In this document: positions 39,422 to 51,380 of the stretch, in pieces
Numbering within the stretch: the first letter of the stretch is position 1
Layout: every line of letters begins with the position of its first letter
Origin: Abditibacteriaceae bacterium
Lineage (GTDB): Bacteria > Armatimonadota > Abditibacteriia > Abditibacteriales > Abditibacteriaceae
Assembly: GCA_031372065.1 (NCBI GenBank)
Contig: JANMKN010000032.1
Span: 1 to 63,440 of the forward strand
Direction: 5' to 3'
DNA length: 63,440 bases
Made by a program: the position numbers and the translations under genes
The notes under the pieces: generated by a model
Database searches by the model: none
The model's input: only the letters and a program-made list of their open reading frames with translations
What the model was told of the DNA's origin: nothing

Positions 39422-40487
39422 AACATTTCGCTTACTCTTTTTAACCCTTCTGCTGTGCTTTGCCCTGCCCGTTTTGGCGCAGGAAGCAGGTCACGATGGC
39501 GCAGGCGCAACGCATGAAACTACGGCGCCCGCTGAACATGGTGGCGGCGAGGCTGAACCAGATCGGCCTTTCAACGCCCATCAAGGAACATGGCTCAACC
39601 CGTTGGTGCGTAGTATTCTCGGCTTGGAAAAACCGCACGTTTCGATTCACGATGGCGACCCACACGTTTCGCCCGCTGAAAGTGTTCAATACGACTTTTT
39701 GTTTTTGGCGCTCGGCATTATGGCGTTACTGGCCGTTTTAGGCGTTTTAGCGGGCAAGCAAGTGAAAGTGCGGCCCGATGGCAAGCCCACTTCGATTGCC
39801 AATGCCGCCGAAGCCGCTGCCGAAGGCTATAAAAACTATCTCATCGGCATTATGGGGCCAAAACTGGCCGACAAATATACGCCGCTGATTGCGTCTTATT
39901 TCTTTTGCATTCTTTTCATGAACTACGCCGGTTTGATTCCCGGTTTAATGTCGCCAACGGCGAATCCTAACGTGCCGATTGGACTGGCGCTGGTTTCGTT
40001 TTTCGCAGTTCATATCATTGCCCTCAAAGAAGCAGGTTTCAAAAGTTGGATCATGCACTTTGTCGGCGAGCCTTTGTGGTTGGCACCGCTGAATTTCCCG
40101 CTGCATATCATCGGCGAATTCATCAAGCCCATCAGTTTATCGGTGCGCTTGCTGGGCAACGTGTTCGGCGAAGAGATGGTAGTTATGAAGTTGGCCGGTT
40201 TGGGCATTGGTTTACTGGCTGCGTATAGCATTCCCTTTGGCATTCCGTTCAACTTGCTGATGATGTGTTTGGGCGTTTTGTTTGGCGCATTGCAGGCTTT
40301 GGTGTTCTCGACGCTTGTGGCAATTTACATCTCGATTCTCAGCACACATCACGATGACCATGACGAACATAACGATCATGGTCATGTCGAACACGTTCGG
40401 CTGCATGGTCACGAGCAAATCGTCGGGCATCCTTCGGAAGCGACCATTGCTATGGTCGCGCATCCTGCGGAAGCGACGATGGGTTAA
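39414..40487 (+). CDS. atpB: ATP synthase Fo subunit a
   Basis: PTAN, KPISLSVRLLGNV, LQALVF. Confidence 0.95.
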   Translation: MFKTFRLLFLTLLLCFALPVLAQEAGHDGAGATHETTAPAEHGGGEAEPDRPFNAHQGTWLNPLVRSILGLEKPHVSIHDGDPHVSPAESVQYDFLFLALGIMALLAVLGVLAGKQVKVRPDGKPTSIANAAEAAAEGYKNYLIGIMGPKLADKYTPLIASYFFCILFMNYAGLIPGLMSPTANPNVPIGLALVSFFAVHIIALKEAGFKSWIMHFVGEPLWLAPLNFPLHIIGEFIKPISLSVRLLGNVFGEEMVVMKLAGLGIGLLAAYSIPFGIPFNLLMMCLGVLFGALQALVFSTLVAIYISILSTHHDDHDEHNDHGHVEHVRLHGHEQIVGHPSEATIAMVAHPAEATMG

Positions 40488-40548
40488 AACAACAATTCAC
40501 ACTTTGATATAACTTTCCGGCTACGCGCTGGAGAAAGGAGAAAGGCAC

Positions 40549-40842
40549 ATGATTTATTGGGGTCTTTTAGCATTAGCGGCAGGTTTGGGTTTGCCGATTG
40601 CGGCGATGGGTTGCGGCATTGGTCAGGGTATCGCCGTCAATGGCGCGATGCAAGGCATGGCGCGTCAACCGGAGGCCAGCGGCACCATCCAGACCGGTAT
40701 GATTATCGGTTTGGCGATTATCGAGTCGCTTGTCATTTACAGCCTGGTCATGTTTTTCATGCTTCAGGGCAAACTGCCGGGCATTGACGTCGTAAAGCCG
40801 TTAGTTGAAGCTGCGGGCAAGACGGCTGGCCTGTTGGGTTAA
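40549..40842 (+). CDS. atpE: ATP synthase Fo subunit c
   Basis: GIGQG, ARQPE, IESLVIY. Confidence 0.97.
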   Translation: MIYWGLLALAAGLGLPIAAMGCGIGQGIAVNGAMQGMARQPEASGTIQTGMIIGLAIIESLVIYSLVMFFMLQGKLPGIDVVKPLVEAAGKTAGLLG

Positions 40843-40848
40843 TCACCT

Positions 40849-40903
40849 TTCATGAATTCCGCCTCAGCTATGCTTTTGGTATGGCTGAGGCGGAAATTAT
40901 GAA
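40849..40903. other. Stem-loop between atpE and atpF (possible mRNA stability or partial termination element)
   Basis: ttccgcctcagc...gctgaggcggaa. Confidence 0.55.
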
Positions 40904-40970
40904 AAATTCGGAAAAATAGCAGAAAAATCCGGCGGTTGAAGTGGTTAAGTCTGTCGGTTTTTAGGAACAC

Positions 40971-41501
40971 ATGGGGATTTTAGAATTATTCGGGATTGAG
41001 CCAAAGTTTTTCCTGACGATCAGCATCGGTTTTCTGATTCTGTTCTTCATCTTGAAAAACTACGCTTTCGGCCCGATTTTCGGGATGTTGCAGGCGCGTC
41101 AGGACAAGATTCGCGGCGACCTCGACGACGCCGAAGCACGCCGCAATGAAATGGTGGCGCTCCAAAAACAATACGAGGAGCGTTTGGCCCAAATCGAAGA
41201 CGAAGCGCGCGACAAAATTCAGGAAGCAACCCGGCAAGCACAAGTAGCGCGCGAGGAACTTTTGGAAAAGGCCCGCAGTGAAGCGCAAGCCATTGTTGAA
41301 CGGGCGCGCGGCGAAATCGTGCGCGAACAAGAAATCGCCAATGCCGAGATGCGCAATCAAATCGCGCATTTGTCTGCGGTGGCAGCAGGTCGCCTTATCA
41401 AGCAAACGCTTGATCCCAGCGCCCACGCCAGCCTAATTGATGATGTCATTGCAGGAATTGGCGCCCAAAATGGCACGGTGGCTTCAGGAGGCACGCGCTA
41501 A
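40971..41501 (+). CDS. atpF: ATP synthase Fo subunit b
   Basis: N-terminal TM plus long charged helix; operon position. Confidence 0.95.
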   Translation: MGILELFGIEPKFFLTISIGFLILFFILKNYAFGPIFGMLQARQDKIRGDLDDAEARRNEMVALQKQYEERLAQIEDEARDKIQEATRQAQVAREELLEKARSEAQAIVERARGEIVREQEIANAEMRNQIAHLSAVAAGRLIKQTLDPSAHASLIDDVIAGIGAQNGTVASGGTR

Positions 41502-42052
41502 TGGCGGGCGATTATCGCGCGGCGCGGCGCTACGCGCGGGCGTTGTTTAATGCGGCGCTCCGATCAGGCGAAGTGGACGAAGTGGCTCAAAGTCTCGATT
41601 CCATCGCACAGGCGGCCCAAGGCTCGCCACAATTCATGAACGTGATGCGTCACCCGCTTGTCACACGCGAACGCAAAAAAGAATTGTTGCACAAGATTTT
41701 TGAAGGTCGTGTGCAGCCGGTCGTCGAGCATTTTCTGTTTTTATTGATTGAAAATGACCGCGCCGCAATTCTGCCTGATATTGGCGGACAATACAAGACA
41801 CTTTTGGATGAACATCGCCGCGAAATAGATGCCGAAGCCGTGTCTGCCGTGCCGCTGACGAGCGCTCAAATCGAAGCGCTCAAAGCGCGCTTGAAAGCCG
41901 AAAGCGGCTATACAGTGCGCCTGCAAACGCGCGTGGATGCCTCGCTGCTCGGCGGCCTGTTAGTGCGCGTTGGCGACCGCCTTTTTGACGGCAGCATCGT
42001 CTCGCAGCTGCGCCGTTTGGAAGAACAATTACAACAAGTTAAAGTGAGCTGA
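41501..42052 (+). CDS. atpH: ATP synthase F1 delta
   Basis: ARRYARALF, LLGG..VRVGD..DGS. Confidence 0.95.
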   Translation: MAGDYRAARRYARALFNAALRSGEVDEVAQSLDSIAQAAQGSPQFMNVMRHPLVTRERKKELLHKIFEGRVQPVVEHFLFLLIENDRAAILPDIGGQYKTLLDEHRREIDAEAVSAVPLTSAQIEALKARLKAESGYTVRLQTRVDASLLGGLLVRVGDRLFDGSIVSQLRRLEEQLQQVKVS

Positions 42053-42062
42053 AGCTCAAGTC

Positions 42063-42142
42063 ATGAGTTTTGAATTTTGAGTTTTGAGTTGATAAAGATT
42101 ATCTGCTTCAACTCAAAACTCTTAACTCATAATTCAAAACTC
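42063..42142. repeat. Heptamer inverted repeat (GAGTTTT / AAAACTC)
   Basis: Tandem GAGTTTT/GAATTTT units mirrored downstream. Confidence 0.85.
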
Positions 42143-42153
42143 TTGGAGGAAAA

Positions 42154-43677
42154 ATGGCTTTACGGCCCGAAGAAATTACCAGCGTTCTGCAACGCGAACT
42201 CGAAGGTTTCGATCAAGATTTAAAAATGGTTGATGTCGGCACCGTGCTGGAAATCGGCGACGGTATTGCACGCGTTTATGGCTTGCAAGGCGCTAAATAC
42301 GGCGAATTGTTGGAATTTCCCGTGTCGCCCGTCACCAATCGTCCGACGATGGGCATCGCGCTCAACCTTGAAGAAGACAACGTCGGCGTGGTTATCGCGG
42401 GCGATTACAACCATATTATGGAAGGCTCGCAGGTCAAAACCACGGGCCGCATTGCAGATGTTCCGGTGGGCAAAGCCCTTTTAGGCCGTGTGGTCAACGC
42501 GCTCGGTGAGCCGATTGATGGCAAAGGCCCGGTTGTTACCGACCAACGCGCTTTAATTGAAGTCAAAGCGCCCGGCGTGATGCAGAGAGAAGGCGTCAAG
42601 CAGCCGCTGCAAACTGGTATTAAAGCCATTGACTCGATGATTCCCATCGGGCGTGGCCAGCGCGAATTGATTATCGGTGACCGCCAAACTGGAAAAACTG
42701 CTATCGCGGCGGATACCATCATCAATCAGCGCGGCGGCGACGTATTCTGCATTTACGTCGCAATCGGCCAAAAGCAAGGCACCATCGCCGCACTCGTTGC
42801 CCAATTGGAGCAAGCGGGCGCCATGGAATACACCATTGTTGTTGTCGCTTCAGCCAACGATTCCGCGCCTTTGCAATATATCGCGCCGTTCGCTGGAACT
42901 GCGATGGGCGAATTCTTCCGTGACGATGGCGAACACGCGCTGATTGTTTACGACGATCTTTCCAAGCACGCCGTGGCTTATCGTTCGATGTCGCTGCTTT
43001 TGCGCCGTCCGCCGGGCCGCGAAGCCTATCCGGGCGATGTTTTCAACCTGCACAGCCGCTTGCTTGAACGCAGCGCAAAAATGCACCGCGATTTGGGCGG
43101 CGGTTCGCTGACTGCTTTGCCGATTATCGAAACGCAGGCCAACGACATTTCGGCGTATATTCCGACGAATGTGATTTCGATTACCGACGGCCAAATCTTC
43201 TTGGAGCCGGACTTGTTTTATGCTGGTCAGCGCCCCGCAATTTCGGTTGGTTTGAGCGTTTCCCGCGTTGGCGGCTCGGCGCAGATCAAAGCGATGCGCC
43301 AAGTGGCTGGCCCCTTGAAATTAACCTTAGCCCGCTACCGTGAATTGGCCGCTTTTGCGCAGTTTGCCAGCGATTTGGACAAGTCCACGCAAGCCCAATT
43401 GGCACGCGGCCAACGCTTAACGGCCTTGTTGAAACAAGCGCAGTTCAAGCCGATGCCGGTTGAGCAGCAAGTGATGATTATCTTTGCCGCGACCAACGGT
43501 TATCTCGATACCATTGATCCCGATGATGTGGCGCGCTTTGAAACCGAGTTCTTAGCCTTTGTCGCCGAGCGTTATCCTGATATTCCCTCAGCCATCGAAA
43601 AAGAAAAGGCCTTGTCGGATGAAACCTCTGACAAATTGAAAAGCGCCGCTCAAGAGTTCGTCGGGCAATTCAAATAA
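42154..43677 (+). CDS. atpA: ATP synthase F1 alpha
   Basis: [21 protein letters not shown]. Confidence 0.99.
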   Translation: MALRPEEITSVLQRELEGFDQDLKMVDVGTVLEIGDGIARVYGLQGAKYGELLEFPVSPVTNRPTMGIALNLEEDNVGVVIAGDYNHIMEGSQVKTTGRIADVPVGKALLGRVVNALGEPIDGKGPVVTDQRALIEVKAPGVMQREGVKQPLQTGIKAIDSMIPIGRGQRELIIGDRQTGKTAIAADTIINQRGGDVFCIYVAIGQKQGTIAALVAQLEQAGAMEYTIVVVASANDSAPLQYIAPFAGTAMGEFFRDDGEHALIVYDDLSKHAVAYRSMSLLLRRPPGREAYPGDVFNLHSRLLERSAKMHRDLGGGSLTALPIIETQANDISAYIPTNVISITDGQIFLEPDLFYAGQRPAISVGLSVSRVGGSAQIKAMRQVAGPLKLTLARYRELAAFAQFASDLDKSTQAQLARGQRLTALLKQAQFKPMPVEQQVMIIFAATNGYLDTIDPDDVARFETEFLAFVAERYPDIPSAIEKEKALSDETSDKLKSAAQEFVGQFK

Positions 43678-43749
43678 TTGACGGTTGTAGATTGACGGTT
43701 GGCGAAATTGAAATCGTCAACCGTCAATCTACAATCGTCAACCGTCAAT
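43678..43749. repeat. Heptamer inverted repeat (TTGACGG / CCGTCAA)
   Basis: ttgacggttgtagattgacgg mirrored by ccgtcaatctacaatcgtcaaccgtcaa. Confidence 0.85.
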
Positions 43750-43753
43750 TAAA

Positions 43754-44719
43754 ATGGCTTCATTAAGAGACATCAAGCGAAAAATTCGCGTTGTAAAAAA
43801 CATCAGCCAGATCACGCAGGCGATGAAAATGGTGGCGGCGGCGCGTTTGCGGCGCGTGCAGGAACGCGTCGAAAAAGGCAAGCCCTACGCCGAAACCATG
43901 ACCAACTTGGTCGGGCTTTTGGCGCCTAATGTGACAGAGATTTCGCATCCCCTGCTCGACAATCGTCCGTCGGGCGCGGTGGGCATTGTCGTCCTTGCGG
44001 CGGACAAAGGTTTGTGCGGTTCGTATAACACCAACATTTTGCGTTTGGCCCATCAATTCGTTGACCGCAAAACGCGCGAGATGAACGAAGGCGAGGCGCC
44101 CGGCCTGCGCAATGGCCGTGATGCTATCAAAATTGTTACGGTGGGCCGCAAGGCGACGGATTATTTCACTAAGCGCGGCTACAAAGTCAGCCAATCGTTC
44201 GCTGCGCCCAGTCCACAAGGGCCTTATGAAGAAATTCGCGCCATTTCGGAAGCGATCACCGGGATGTTTTTAAACGGCGAAGTGGACGAAGTTCATATCG
44301 CTTACACCGAATTCAAATCGGTTATCAGCCAGCGCCCGAAAACCGTGAAGTTTTTGCCTATTGAGCCGCCGGGCCGCGAAGAATCGGCCAGCACCGGCAC
44401 GGTTGAAAGCATAAGCGGCACTCAAAGCGTGGAATCGAAAAACGATAGCGGCGCCACCATGGATTTCATCTTTGAACCGGCAGCGCCGCAACTTTTGGAA
44501 GTGTTGTTGCCGCGCTTTGTCGAAACGAGGGTTTATCAATTGTTGATGGAAGCAGTCGCCTCGGAATTTGGCGCTCGCATGACCGCGATGACCAACGCCA
44601 CGAAGAATGCTGGTGAACAAATCGAATCGTTAACCTTGCTGGCAAACCGCACACGTCAGGCCGGCATCACCAAAGAACTGCTCGACATCGTCGGCGGCGC
44701 GGAAGCACTAAAAGGATAG
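43754..44719 (+). CDS. atpG: ATP synthase F1 gamma
   Basis: ITQAMKMVAA, DKGLCG, RQAGITKE. Confidence 0.98.
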   Translation: MASLRDIKRKIRVVKNISQITQAMKMVAAARLRRVQERVEKGKPYAETMTNLVGLLAPNVTEISHPLLDNRPSGAVGIVVLAADKGLCGSYNTNILRLAHQFVDRKTREMNEGEAPGLRNGRDAIKIVTVGRKATDYFTKRGYKVSQSFAAPSPQGPYEEIRAISEAITGMFLNGEVDEVHIAYTEFKSVISQRPKTVKFLPIEPPGREESASTGTVESISGTQSVESKNDSGATMDFIFEPAAPQLLEVLLPRFVETRVYQLLMEAVASEFGARMTAMTNATKNAGEQIESLTLLANRTRQAGITKELLDIVGGAEALKG

Positions 44720-44721
44720 TA

Positions 44722-44800
44722 GGAGTTTTGAATTAAGAGTTTTGAGTTGATAAGGATGATCTGATTTGACTCCTGATTCACAACTCCTAACTCAAAACTC
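44722..44800. repeat. Heptamer inverted repeat (GAGTTTT / AAAACTC), related to 42063-42142
   Basis: gagttttgaattaagagttttgagttgata mirrored by aactcctaactcaaaactc. Confidence 0.8.
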
Positions 44801-44805
44801 TCTGA

Positions 44806-46242
<1,437 letters not shown>

Positions 46243-46245
<3 letters not shown>

Positions 46246-46319
46246 CGATTAGCGATTAGCGATTAGCGATTAGCCTGCGGGCTACAAGCTAAAAGCTAAC
46301 CGCTAACAGCTAAACGCTG
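46243..46319. repeat. Heptamer inverted repeat (TAGCGAT)4 / (GCTAANN)n
   Basis: Direct reading of the atpD-atpC spacer. Confidence 0.85.
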
Positions 46320-46322
46320 ATT

Positions 46323-46739
46323 ATGGCTGGAATTTTCAATCTTCAAATTGTCACGCCGGAACGCGAAATCTTTAACGGCCCGGTGGAAATGGTGTCACTG
46401 CCCGGTCTGGATGGCTCGTTTGGCGTGCTGCGCAATCACGCGCCGTTGATTGCCGCGCTGGATGCTGGTGTAGTTTCAATTTTTGATCCTGACGGCGCCG
46501 AAGAAAAAATGGCGCTTGGCGGAGGATTTTTTCAGGTCGCTCAAAATCAAGCCATGATTTTGGCTGATTCTGCTGAGTTTGCGCACGAAATCAATCTCGA
46601 ACGCGCGCAGGAATCTTTGAACAACGCTCAATCGCGCATTGACGGTCAAGTAACCGACGATTTCAAAGAGCATCGCGCCGACGCCGAAAAAGCTCTCAAG
46701 CGGGCGCGAACCCGTGTAAAACTCGCATCAAACCGCTGA
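46323..46739 (+). CDS. atpC: ATP synthase F1 epsilon
   Basis: IVTPE, GVLRNHAP, GGF. Confidence 0.96.
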   Translation: MAGIFNLQIVTPEREIFNGPVEMVSLPGLDGSFGVLRNHAPLIAALDAGVVSIFDPDGAEEKMALGGGFFQVAQNQAMILADSAEFAHEINLERAQESLNNAQSRIDGQVTDDFKEHRADAEKALKRARTRVKLASNR

Positions 46740-47106
46740 TCTGGAGAGTTTTTGTGTAGAAAAGCATAAAAATTTGCCTTTTTTTGTGTCGAGGCGCAAC
46801 TTTTGGCAATTAAACAATTCTCTTTGCACTGAATTTGTGATAAACAGGTTTTAACCCATTGAAAAGGGCAGACGCCGGAGCCGTATCCGTAAGACGTATT
46901 CGACTCCACCGGCGAATGCCCTTTTTTCATGCCCTTTTTCAAATTGTTTTTAATGATGACGTGTCTCACCTGTGGCATAGAGCTGTTGCCCAGTTATGAG
47001 GCGGGAGCAGGCCGTTTGGCATCGCAACAACATCGCAGCCAACAAACGTAGCAAACATCACAGCATGACCATCACGAATCAATCGTGAGGTCGAACGGAG
47101 CTTCCA

Positions 47107-48513
47107 GTGGAACAAATGACACAACCCAAACTCGTGGCCGCCAATGCGGGCAGCCGGACACCTGCCACGTCCGAAGCAGCCAAATCTGCCCAACATGACA
47201 AATTGGTCATCATGGGCGGACAACCTCTGCGCGGAGAAGTCGAACTCTCCGGCTCCAAAAACTCCTCGCTGCCGATTTTAGCGGCAGCGCTCTTGGCCTC
47301 CAAAGGTCAATGCATCTTGCATAACGTGCCGCATATCAGTGATGTTGAAGCGATGTGCGATATGCTGCGCGCGTTGGGCGCCGATGTTCGTCGCGACGCT
47401 CATACCGTCTTTATTGACGCGCAAAACCTCAACAATCACTGTGCGCCGGACGCTCTCGTGCGCAAAATGCGCGCGAGTTTCTATGTCGCGGCTCCCCTGC
47501 TCGCCCGTCTTCACAAAGCCGAAGTGCCCTTGCCGGGCGGCTGCCTTTTAGGTGCCCGGCCTGTCAATTATCACATCAACGCCTTTCAGAAAATGGGGGC
47601 GCATATTGTGGTTGAACATGGCGCCATGCACGCCGAAGTGAAGCGCTGGCACGGCACCGACATTTATTTGGAGCCACGGCATTCTTCGGTTGGCGCCACA
47701 GTCAACGTCATGATGGCGGCCACTTTAGCCGAAGGCGTGACGACCATCGAAAACGCAGCGCGAGAGCCGGAAGTCGAAAATCTCGCGGATTTCCTCAACA
47801 AAATGGGCGCGAAAATCGAAGGTGCTGGCACCGCCACTATTCGCATCGAAGGCGTTCGGGAATTGTGTGGCACCGACCACACAATTTTCAATGACCGCAT
47901 CGAAGCGGGAACTTATCTCGCGGCAGCAGCCATCACGGGCGGCGATGTCACCGTGCGCGGATTGCCCGGCAAGCATCTGCCGATTTTCCTTGACAAGTTG
48001 GAAGAAGCCGGTGTTGAAATCACTACGGGTGAGGACTGGATTCGCGCCCGCGCTGTTGGCCCGCTTAAGGCTGTAGACACCAGCACCTCACCGTTTCCCG
48101 GCTTTGCCACCGATTTGCAGCCGCTACTTGTGACTTTGATGTGCGTCGCCAACGGACGGGCAGCAGTAGAGGAAACACTTTATGAAGCGCGCTTTGGCTT
48201 TGTGGATGAGCTTCTCCGTATGGGCGCGGACATCAAAGTGGCGGGCCAAACAGCCCTTGTCACCGGCGTGAAGGAACTGAGTGGCGCAGAAGTCGAAGCC
48301 AAAGATTTGCGCGCGGGAGCCGCTTTGGTGGTGGCAGGCTTAGCAGCGCCCGGACGCACGGAAATCGGCTATGTCAAATACATTGATCGTGGCTATGAAG
48401 ACCTGACCGGCAAGTTGAAGTCACTGGGCGCTCATATTGTGCGGCACAAAGGCACGAAGCGTCAAGTTCAACTCGAAAGCGCACAGCCAGAGCAAAAAGT
48501 TGTCAACGGCTAA
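47107..48513 (+). CDS. murA: UDP-N-acetylglucosamine 1-carboxyvinyltransferase
   Basis: SGSKN, KMRAS, LPGGC, DRIEAGT, PGFATD, DRGY. Confidence 0.98.
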   Translation: MEQMTQPKLVAANAGSRTPATSEAAKSAQHDKLVIMGGQPLRGEVELSGSKNSSLPILAAALLASKGQCILHNVPHISDVEAMCDMLRALGADVRRDAHTVFIDAQNLNNHCAPDALVRKMRASFYVAAPLLARLHKAEVPLPGGCLLGARPVNYHINAFQKMGAHIVVEHGAMHAEVKRWHGTDIYLEPRHSSVGATVNVMMAATLAEGVTTIENAAREPEVENLADFLNKMGAKIEGAGTATIRIEGVRELCGTDHTIFNDRIEAGTYLAAAAITGGDVTVRGLPGKHLPIFLDKLEEAGVEITTGEDWIRARAVGPLKAVDTSTSPFPGFATDLQPLLVTLMCVANGRAAVEETLYEARFGFVDELLRMGADIKVAGQTALVTGVKELSGAEVEAKDLRAGAALVVAGLAAPGRTEIGYVKYIDRGYEDLTGKLKSLGAHIVRHKGTKRQVQLESAQPEQKVVNG

Positions 48514-48565
48514 GTGCCAGCAGTTGTTCTCTCCTTGAAATCGCAGTTTTTCTTTACAAACACTC

Positions 48566-48606
48566 ATAGCCCCTTGCAGGTAGGCAAACCCACTGCAAGG
48601 GGCTAT
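48566..48606. other. Stem-loop between murA and mreB
   Basis: ATAGCCCCTTGCAG...CTGCAAGGGGCTAT. Confidence 0.5.
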
Positions 48607-48634
48607 GCTTTGTCTGACAGCTTTTACGAAAACG

Positions 48635-49663
48635 ATGTTTGGTCTCAGCAAAGATTTAGGTATTGATTTAGGCACCGCCAATGTCGTGATTTATCAGCGC
48701 GGGCGCGGCATTGTGTTGCGCGAGCCAGCGGTGGCCGCCGTTCATAAACAGTCCAGAGAATTAAGTGCCGTCGGTGAGAAAGCACGCCAGATGTTGGGGC
48801 GCACGCCAACATCCATTGAAGCCGTTCAACCCATCAAAGATGGTGTTATCGCGGATTTTACCGTCACGCGGCAAATGTTAGAGCGTTTTTTCCAACAGGT
48901 GCTGGGACGCCGCTTTTTGTTTAAGCCGCGTGTGATTATTTGCGTGCCTTCGAACGTGACAAAAGTAGAGCAGCGCGCCGTTTTAGACGCGGCCCGCGCC
49001 GCTGGAGCCAAAGAAGCCTATCCCATTGAAGAACCAATGGCCGCTGCCATTGGTGCAGGTTTGCACATCACTGAACCCGAAGGCAACATGGTGGTGGATA
49101 TCGGCGGTGGCACGACTGATGTCGCTGTGATGGCGTTAGGCGGCATAGTCGTTTCCGAATCGGCGCGCGTGGGTGGCATTAAGATGGACGAAGCTATCGC
49201 GCGGCACATTAAGCGCGAACATAATCTCATTATCGGCGAAACAACAGCCGAAGAAGTCAAAATCGCTATTGGCTCGGTGCGTCCGTTGGATGATGAACTC
49301 ATTGTCGCCGTTAAAGGCCGCGACATGATTAATGGTTTGCCGCGCACTGTGGAATTAACTTCTGAGGAAATCCGTGGCGCGATGATGGAAACCGTGCATC
49401 AAATCGTGGCCCGCGTCCGTGGTGTTTTGGAGCAAACGCCGCCTGAATTATCGTCCGACATCATCACTCGCGGCATCTGGCTGACCGGCGGCTGTGCCCA
49501 ATTGCGCGGCTTGGATGAACTGCTGGCGAATGACACAGGAATCCCCATTCACGTCGCGGAGGACCCGCTTTCCTGCGTCGCTATCGGCACAGGACGCGCC
49601 TTAGACCAAATTGATCTGCTGGCCGAAACGCACTTCGCTTTCGCTGGCATCGGGTCACGCTAA
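48635..49663 (+). CDS. mreB: Rod shape-determining protein MreB/Mbl
   Basis: IDLGTAN, EEPMAAAIGAG, VDIGGGTT. Confidence 0.95.
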   Translation: MFGLSKDLGIDLGTANVVIYQRGRGIVLREPAVAAVHKQSRELSAVGEKARQMLGRTPTSIEAVQPIKDGVIADFTVTRQMLERFFQQVLGRRFLFKPRVIICVPSNVTKVEQRAVLDAARAAGAKEAYPIEEPMAAAIGAGLHITEPEGNMVVDIGGGTTDVAVMALGGIVVSESARVGGIKMDEAIARHIKREHNLIIGETTAEEVKIAIGSVRPLDDELIVAVKGRDMINGLPRTVELTSEEIRGAMMETVHQIVARVRGVLEQTPPELSSDIITRGIWLTGGCAQLRGLDELLANDTGIPIHVAEDPLSCVAIGTGRALDQIDLLAETHFAFAGIGSR

Positions 49664-49666
49664 CCT

Positions 49667-50119
49667 TTAATTCGGCACATCGCCAGAGGCGGTGCCGTCA
49701 GTGACAACCCATTGGCCGTCGCGTTTTTCCCAATGGAGAGAGAAATCGCCGTCGTAGGAGTTGTAGCCAAAGCGGCTGCGCTCATCCGCTTTATAATGTC
49801 CTGAGGTCGAAGCGGTTGCCCCTTTGACTTCGGTGCGGGTGTTAAAAAAATTAACGCGCACATCGGCCTTCGACATGAGGCTGCCGATGGTTAGCTGACT
49901 GCGCATCTGGCTGCGACTTTGTCCACGAAATTTGGCGTCTTCGGCCATGTAGCCGAGTGCCCGATCCGTGTTGCCGTTTTCGAGCGACGAACGAATGTCT
50001 TCGAGATTGGCGGCGATTTGTTGGGTATCGGTCAAGGGAGGATGCGTGGCACGCCACCATAACCAGCCGCCGCCCAGCAACAAAACCAAGCCTGCTGACA
50101 AGATAATTTTTCGCGCCAT
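49667..50119 (-). CDS. Membrane-anchored NTF2/SnoaL-like protein
   Basis: N-terminal TM; WEKRDGQWVV C-terminal motif. Confidence 0.65.
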   Translation of the reverse strand: MARKIILSAGLVLLLGGGWLWWRATHPPLTDTQQIAANLEDIRSSLENGNTDRALGYMAEDAKFRGQSRSQMRSQLTIGSLMSKADVRVNFFNTRTEVKGATASTSGHYKADERSRFGYNSYDGDFSLHWEKRDGQWVVTDGTASGDVPN

Positions 50120-50196
50120 AAAATTTTCCTTTCGGATGTTATGAGGAACAAGACCGGCAAATCGTTCACCGTCCAGTTTAAACTGAGAGCGCACTT

Positions 50197-50928
50197 ATGA
50201 ACCAAAATCTCAAATACAAACGCATTTTGTTAAAAATCTCCGGGGAAGCCTTAGCTGGCCCCGCCGGTTACGGGCTGGACGGCGCGGTTTTGTCGCGCAT
50301 TGCGCAAGAAATCAAAGCCGTGACCCAAACCGGTGTTCAATTGGGCATTGTCTGTGGTGGCGGTAACATCTTTCGCGGCATGAAGGCCGCCACCGAACAA
50401 GGCATGGATCGCGCGATGGCCGATTACATGGGAATGCTGGCAACGGTGCAAAATTCGTTGGCTTTGCAGGATTATCTCGAACGCGCCGGCGTTATCACCC
50501 GTGTTTTAAGTGCCATCGAAATGAAAGAAATCGCCGAACCTTTTATTCCGCGCCGCGCCATGCGCCATCTGGAAAAAGGCCGCGTGGTCATTTTCGCCGC
50601 AGGCACCGGCAATCCGTTTTTCACCACCGACACCGCTGCCGTGCTACGCGCCACGCAAATCGGCGCCGAGGCGATTTTCAAGGCGACGGATGTGGATGGC
50701 GTTTTTGACCGCGACCCGCAAAAATTTGCCGACGCCGTGCGCTATGAACGCCTGACGCATATTCAAGTTTTGGATGGCGGCCTCAAAGTGCTTGATTCCA
50801 CCGCCGTTTCGCTTTCGATGGACAACGACCTGCCGATTGTGGTCTTCAACATGGAAGTGGACGGCAATATCATCCGCGCCTGTTGCGGCGAGGAAGTCGG
50901 CACCACGGTTAGCAGCGAAGTGCTTTAG
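50197..50928 (+). CDS. pyrH: Uridylate kinase
   Basis: [25 protein letters not shown]. Confidence 0.98.
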   Translation: MNQNLKYKRILLKISGEALAGPAGYGLDGAVLSRIAQEIKAVTQTGVQLGIVCGGGNIFRGMKAATEQGMDRAMADYMGMLATVQNSLALQDYLERAGVITRVLSAIEMKEIAEPFIPRRAMRHLEKGRVVIFAAGTGNPFFTTDTAAVLRATQIGAEAIFKATDVDGVFDRDPQKFADAVRYERLTHIQVLDGGLKVLDSTAVSLSMDNDLPIVVFNMEVDGNIIRACCGEEVGTTVSSEVL

Positions 50929-50948
50929 AGTCCTTCATCAAAACGAAA

Positions 50949-50988
50949 GAAGCGCCGCGCGATGATTATCGCGCGGCGCTTTTGTTTT
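50949..50988. terminator. Intrinsic terminator after pyrH
   Basis: AAGCGCCGCGCGAT...ATCGCGCGGCGCTTTTGTTTT. Confidence 0.8.
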
Positions 50989-51380
50989 AAACGAGCTAAC
51001 GCACTGCCCAATGAATTCCAGTTGCCGTTTTGCGGGACGGTTGTTTCGGCCTGCGCGCCGCCGGGCCGGAAGGTTAAAAGCGCGTTGCCGAGCGCCCGCA
51101 ACCAAAAAGGGCGCCTCCATTGGCGTTCGCGGGGCCGATCTTCTCGTTCGCGGCGCCACTATTTGCGTTGCGGGGGCATTAGGTTGTCGTGAGAAGCGCC
51201 AATCTAATGCTGTGCCAAACGGCCTTCGTAAATTACCAAACGCATTCCACTGAGCGCCTCGTTCTTACCCCACAGTCTGTTTTTCCACCGCGCGTTTCGG
51301 CAACAAATTTATCGAACGGATCGTTCCGCTTTATCTGAGCCGCGATGACGGCCAAATTTTCACGGCAAAAAGGCCAATAA

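Noticed and set aside
50995..51380. Possible gene or ncRNA between pyrH and the 166-aa ORF
   Set aside because: Minus-strand frames contain stops and no family is recognisable; may be a decayed gene but I cannot support it
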